Shown one piece after another: positions 60,838 to 64,000 of a DNA stretch of 64,000 nt. The translations under genes and the position numbers were made by a program. Location of the stretch: IMG/VR virus record IMGVR_UViG_3300027736_000023, one strand, 5' to 3'. This DNA comes from an uncultured virus (IMG/VR IMGVR_UViG_3300027736_000023). Taxonomy: Duplodnaviria > Heunggongvirae > Uroviricota > Caudoviricetes. The number at the start of each line of letters is the position of its first letter. Position 1 is the stretch's first letter. The notes under the pieces were generated by a model, which did not search any database, was not told the DNA's origin, and saw nothing but the letters and a program-made list of their open reading frames with translations.

Positions 60838-63800
60838 TTGTCTACGAATATTTCATATACTAAATTAGCGGACCGTAATGTAAGCTTTGGATTAATTAGA
60901 ACTAACCCTAAATTAACTTCAAACGTTAAACTTACCGTTGACTCAGCTGGTGATCTTTGGTTAAATTCAATCGATGCAACTAATGAATTGGCTAATCGAA
61001 AATACAAAAAGTTTAGAGTAAATCCAAACTCAAATCACCCAGTTAATATATATAAGTTTTATGATTATGGAAATACTCCATCAAATATTTCATTTGCACT
61101 AGGGTCAACAATTAACACTGATTCGGTTGCAAGCAATTTAAAAGATCAATATGATTTTGATTTATATTCTAGTGGTGCAAAGTATTTAACCTCAAGATTA
61201 TATGATGAAAAATTTAGTTATTTTGCACCATTATATTTAGATAAAGTTTTACCTGAATATTTTGTTATTTTTAAAATACCTGGAGCATCAAACTATACAG
61301 TAGGCGAATGGAAATCTAAACTTGCAGATCCTAATTTCAGTAAATCAGATTTTGCACTTGATCTTTTTAAAAATGCAAAAGCGGTTGAGACTATTTTAAT
61401 AGATGAAACTACTAATATTGGAAAATATATTAGAAGAATTCAACTTGATAAACAGTATAACAAAAACCCATTATATATTAATTTTAAAAACGATGCAAAT
61501 TCAACATATCGAGGTCTTTCAATTACGTCTGGTACATATACTGAAATACCGCTTTTGTTAAATTTAAATAGATCAATTCCTCAATTAAGACTTGAAAAAA
61601 ATATAATTAGTGGTTTTGAAAATAATAATTTAATTTATCCAAGAATATTAAATTTAGAATTTTTATTTAACGATTTAATATCTCCAGAATATGAAATTAA
61701 TAGATATTTTGGAATATACTGTAATTCAATTGATCTTGAAGAATTTGATATTGATATTCCAGCAATGTATAATGCAACTGAGGATAATTTAAATTCGCTA
61801 ATGACTATCTACAAACAGTCTGATACAATTTCATATAATTTAACTAATCAGAATGGAGTTGTACTTAGAGGAACTAATGTAGAGTCTGATTTAAGTTATT
61901 TAAACTCAGCCCTATCAAATAAAGACCTATTATATTTTCCATATTTAAAAACAAAAGACCGAGAATTACACTTATTAAATATAAAAGCTCCAAATTATTC
62001 AATACCTACCTTTAGCCAAACGGGTCAAACCGTAATATTTTCAGTAGATGATACCTCATTTGATATAGGCAAAACGTTTGGCGCAGGGGACTTATTTTCT
62101 CAAGAACCGGCAGTTAAGTATTCATTAGATACACGAGCAGCAGTTTCAATAACAATTAATAGCATACCAGCCCACTTAGATGTATTAAGAATATATCATC
62201 CAGCTGGTTCAATATTTAATAATAGTGAATCACATAGTAAATACGATGATATTGTATTTGTAAATAACTATTTTACAAGTGTAGATACTAAATATTCTTT
62301 AGAGTATCCAACCATCTCAATTGTTAATTTTAATACATCTGATCCAAATAGTGGATCACCAACATTTAGCCCAAATACATCAGAATTAATTGGTACTCAG
62401 TATAAATCAAGTATAAATGGATCTAAATGGATATGGAATGGAAATTCATATATACCAGGAGTATTAGGTTCTAGAATATATGTAAATATTAATAATGCTG
62501 AAATTAATTCAGTAGGGTTTACGGATTTAACGCAATTAGCCCAAACCATTGCAACAATTGTAAACAACTTTACTAATACAACTCTATTAGGTTCAAGTAT
62601 TACAAACAGTGTTTTTATACAAGTCTCTGAGCCAGGTCATAGTTATCCAGACTTAGCAATTAAATATATATCACCAACCTCACGCATCTATATAAATGGA
62701 AAAAATACTGCAGATATTGTATATGCGGATGGAGGATTTGCAAAGATGAACCAGCCAGTAATATCATTTGCTAATATTGAAAATATAAAAGCTGAATTAC
62801 CTAATATAATTGTTAAAACCGCAACTGACTGGTCTAAAATTAATAGAATATGTAATTCTACGTCCATACTTAATTCTAAATTAACTGAGTCAACTCTTTC
62901 TAATTATTTAAATACCGCAACGTTAATACTAGAAGATAACGAAGAAGTTCAAATCACCTATAATTCAATTGAACTTAGAAAAATTGTAAAACCTAAGTTA
63001 GGTATTTTATCAATGTTTGAAATTAAGGATTTTAATTTTGAATATCATTCAACTCAATATTCTAAAATACCAGAAATTGATTTATATCAATATTATTATA
63101 TACCTAAAGATATTGCTATTTTAGATTTTACTAAATATGTATATAGAGCAATTGGTTCAGGTATAATTTTAGTAAACGAAACTCAATATACTATATCCGT
63201 AGGTTCAACACAATATATTTCACAAAGCCTATTGGGTTTACATAAATATTCTGTACTTTCTGGAAATGTAATATTAATTCAAACCAATTTAATTCCTCAA
63301 AACCAGGCAGCTCAACGTCTTGATATTGCAATACTAGATCAGGATCAAAACTTTCAAAATTTTACTGGATTTTTTGGATTTGGAGCAGACCATAGTGCGC
63401 CGGACCCAAATTCAACAACCTATCAATATAAAGAAAAATTTAAAACTAACAATTTAATTAGTGAATATGCTGCATACTTAGAGAATTATTCAACTGAATT
63501 TGCAAATGATAGTAAAATTATTCCGTATATTTCAAAATGGGGAATCATTGACTCAACCGATGCTAGAGGCAATCCGTACCGATTAAATTCTGATATTTTA
63601 TTTGGAAAAGATAATTTTGGACCATCACATAGAGAAAAGTCACCAAATGCTGAAAAGCTAACACATGAATGGTTTTATATTGAATCTGATTTTAACTATT
63701 CAAGTAATATTGACCTACTTAAAGAAAATTATTACTATTTTAATTCTCCATTAGATATTAATTTATTAATTAGTGAGGCTTCTTATTTTGAAAAATATTT

Positions 63801-64000
63801 TACATACGTTCCAACTCTTGATAATATTGAATTAGATTTTCCACAGTTTAGATATTCTAAATTAATGAATAATTCATTTAGCCGTCAATATAATACACTA
63901 TTTAATGGAATACAATTTAAATTTTCAGAATTAGATAAGGAAGGTTTAGTTTTACCTGGAACTACCCGATTTGAAGACTATAATTTTAGTATTTTATTAA
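60838..64000 (+). CDS. Very large putative structural protein, 3' truncated (over 1050 aa, TTG start)
   Basis: Starts TTG TCT ACG 16 nt after the previous stop and reads MSTNISYTKLADRNVSFGLIRTNPKLTSNVKL...; no in-frame stop seen to the window end; absent from the ORF track. Confidence 0.8.
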   Translation, partial: MSTNISYTKLADRNVSFGLIRTNPKLTSNVKLTVDSAGDLWLNSIDATNELANRKYKKFRVNPNSNHPVNIYKFYDYGNTPSNISFALGSTINTDSVASNLKDQYDFDLYSSGAKYLTSRLYDEKFSYFAPLYLDKVLPEYFVIFKIPGASNYTVGEWKSKLADPNFSKSDFALDLFKNAKAVETILIDETTNIGKYIRRIQLDKQYNKNPLYINFKNDANSTYRGLSITSGTYTEIPLLLNLNRSIPQLRLEKNIISGFENNNLIYPRILNLEFLFNDLISPEYEINRYFGIYCNSIDLEEFDIDIPAMYNATEDNLNSLMTIYKQSDTISYNLTNQNGVVLRGTNVESDLSYLNSALSNKDLLYFPYLKTKDRELHLLNIKAPNYSIPTFSQTGQTVIFSVDDTSFDIGKTFGAGDLFSQEPAVKYSLDTRAAVSITINSIPAHLDVLRIYHPAGSIFNNSESHSKYDDIVFVNNYFTSVDTKYSLEYPTISIVNFNTSDPNSGSPTFSPNTSELIGTQYKSSINGSKWIWNGNSYIPGVLGSRIYVNINNAEINSVGFTDLTQLAQTIATIVNNFTNTTLLGSSITNSVFIQVSEPGHSYPDLAIKYISPTSRIYINGKNTADIVYADGGFAKMNQPVISFANIENIKAELPNIIVKTATDWSKINRICNSTSILNSKLTESTLSNYLNTATLILEDNEEVQITYNSIELRKIVKPKLGILSMFEIKDFNFEYHSTQYSKIPEIDLYQYYYIPKDIAILDFTKYVYRAIGSGIILVNETQYTISVGSTQYISQSLLGLHKYSVLSGNVILIQTNLIPQNQAAQRLDIAILDQDQNFQNFTGFFGFGADHSAPDPNSTTYQYKEKFKTNNLISEYAAYLENYSTEFANDSKIIPYISKWGIIDSTDARGNPYRLNSDILFGKDNFGPSHREKSPNAEKLTHEWFYIESDFNYSSNIDLLKENYYYFNSPLDINLLISEASYFEKYFTYVPTLDNIELDFPQFRYSKLMNNSFSRQYNTLFNGIQFKFSELDKEGLVLPGTTRFEDYNFSILL

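Overview
The window is a densely coding, AT-rich segment of a large T4-superfamily myophage (jumbo-phage-like) read in the standard genetic code. Virion genes lie mostly on the + strand: gp5-like hub, fused gp21 protease/scaffold, gp23 capsid, gp19 tube, gp18 sheath and very large baseplate/tail proteins. They are interleaved with - strand blocks for replication and nucleotide metabolism: gp41, UvsX, gp46/47, gp32, RNase H, an N-terminal-only family B polymerase, class II RNR, dUTPase, dCMP deaminase and a thymidylate-synthase-family enzyme with the cytosine-specifying Asp. Also present are a 10-gene glycosyl/acetyl/methyltransferase cluster, DnaJ, GroES, GroEL, a ribosomal protein S1-like gene, an Hc1-like protein and a gp55-like late sigma factor. 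Two promoter motifs can be read by eye: a T4-like late box (T/A/G)ATAAATA, and a non-canonical AAAC(C/T)-N16/17-TATAAT motif mainly ahead of non-structural genes. The strongest leads are a probable cytosine-modification pathway, the split polymerase, the promoter system, a nested scaffold gene, T4-like capsid-targeting peptides (one on a HAD nucleotidase), a degenerate SET domain between gp47 and gp46, and a candidate replication origin. A Bacteroidota host is inferred but not shown. All family calls come from motif recognition by eye; no searches were run. No tRNA, rRNA, CRISPR array, integrase or transposase was seen.
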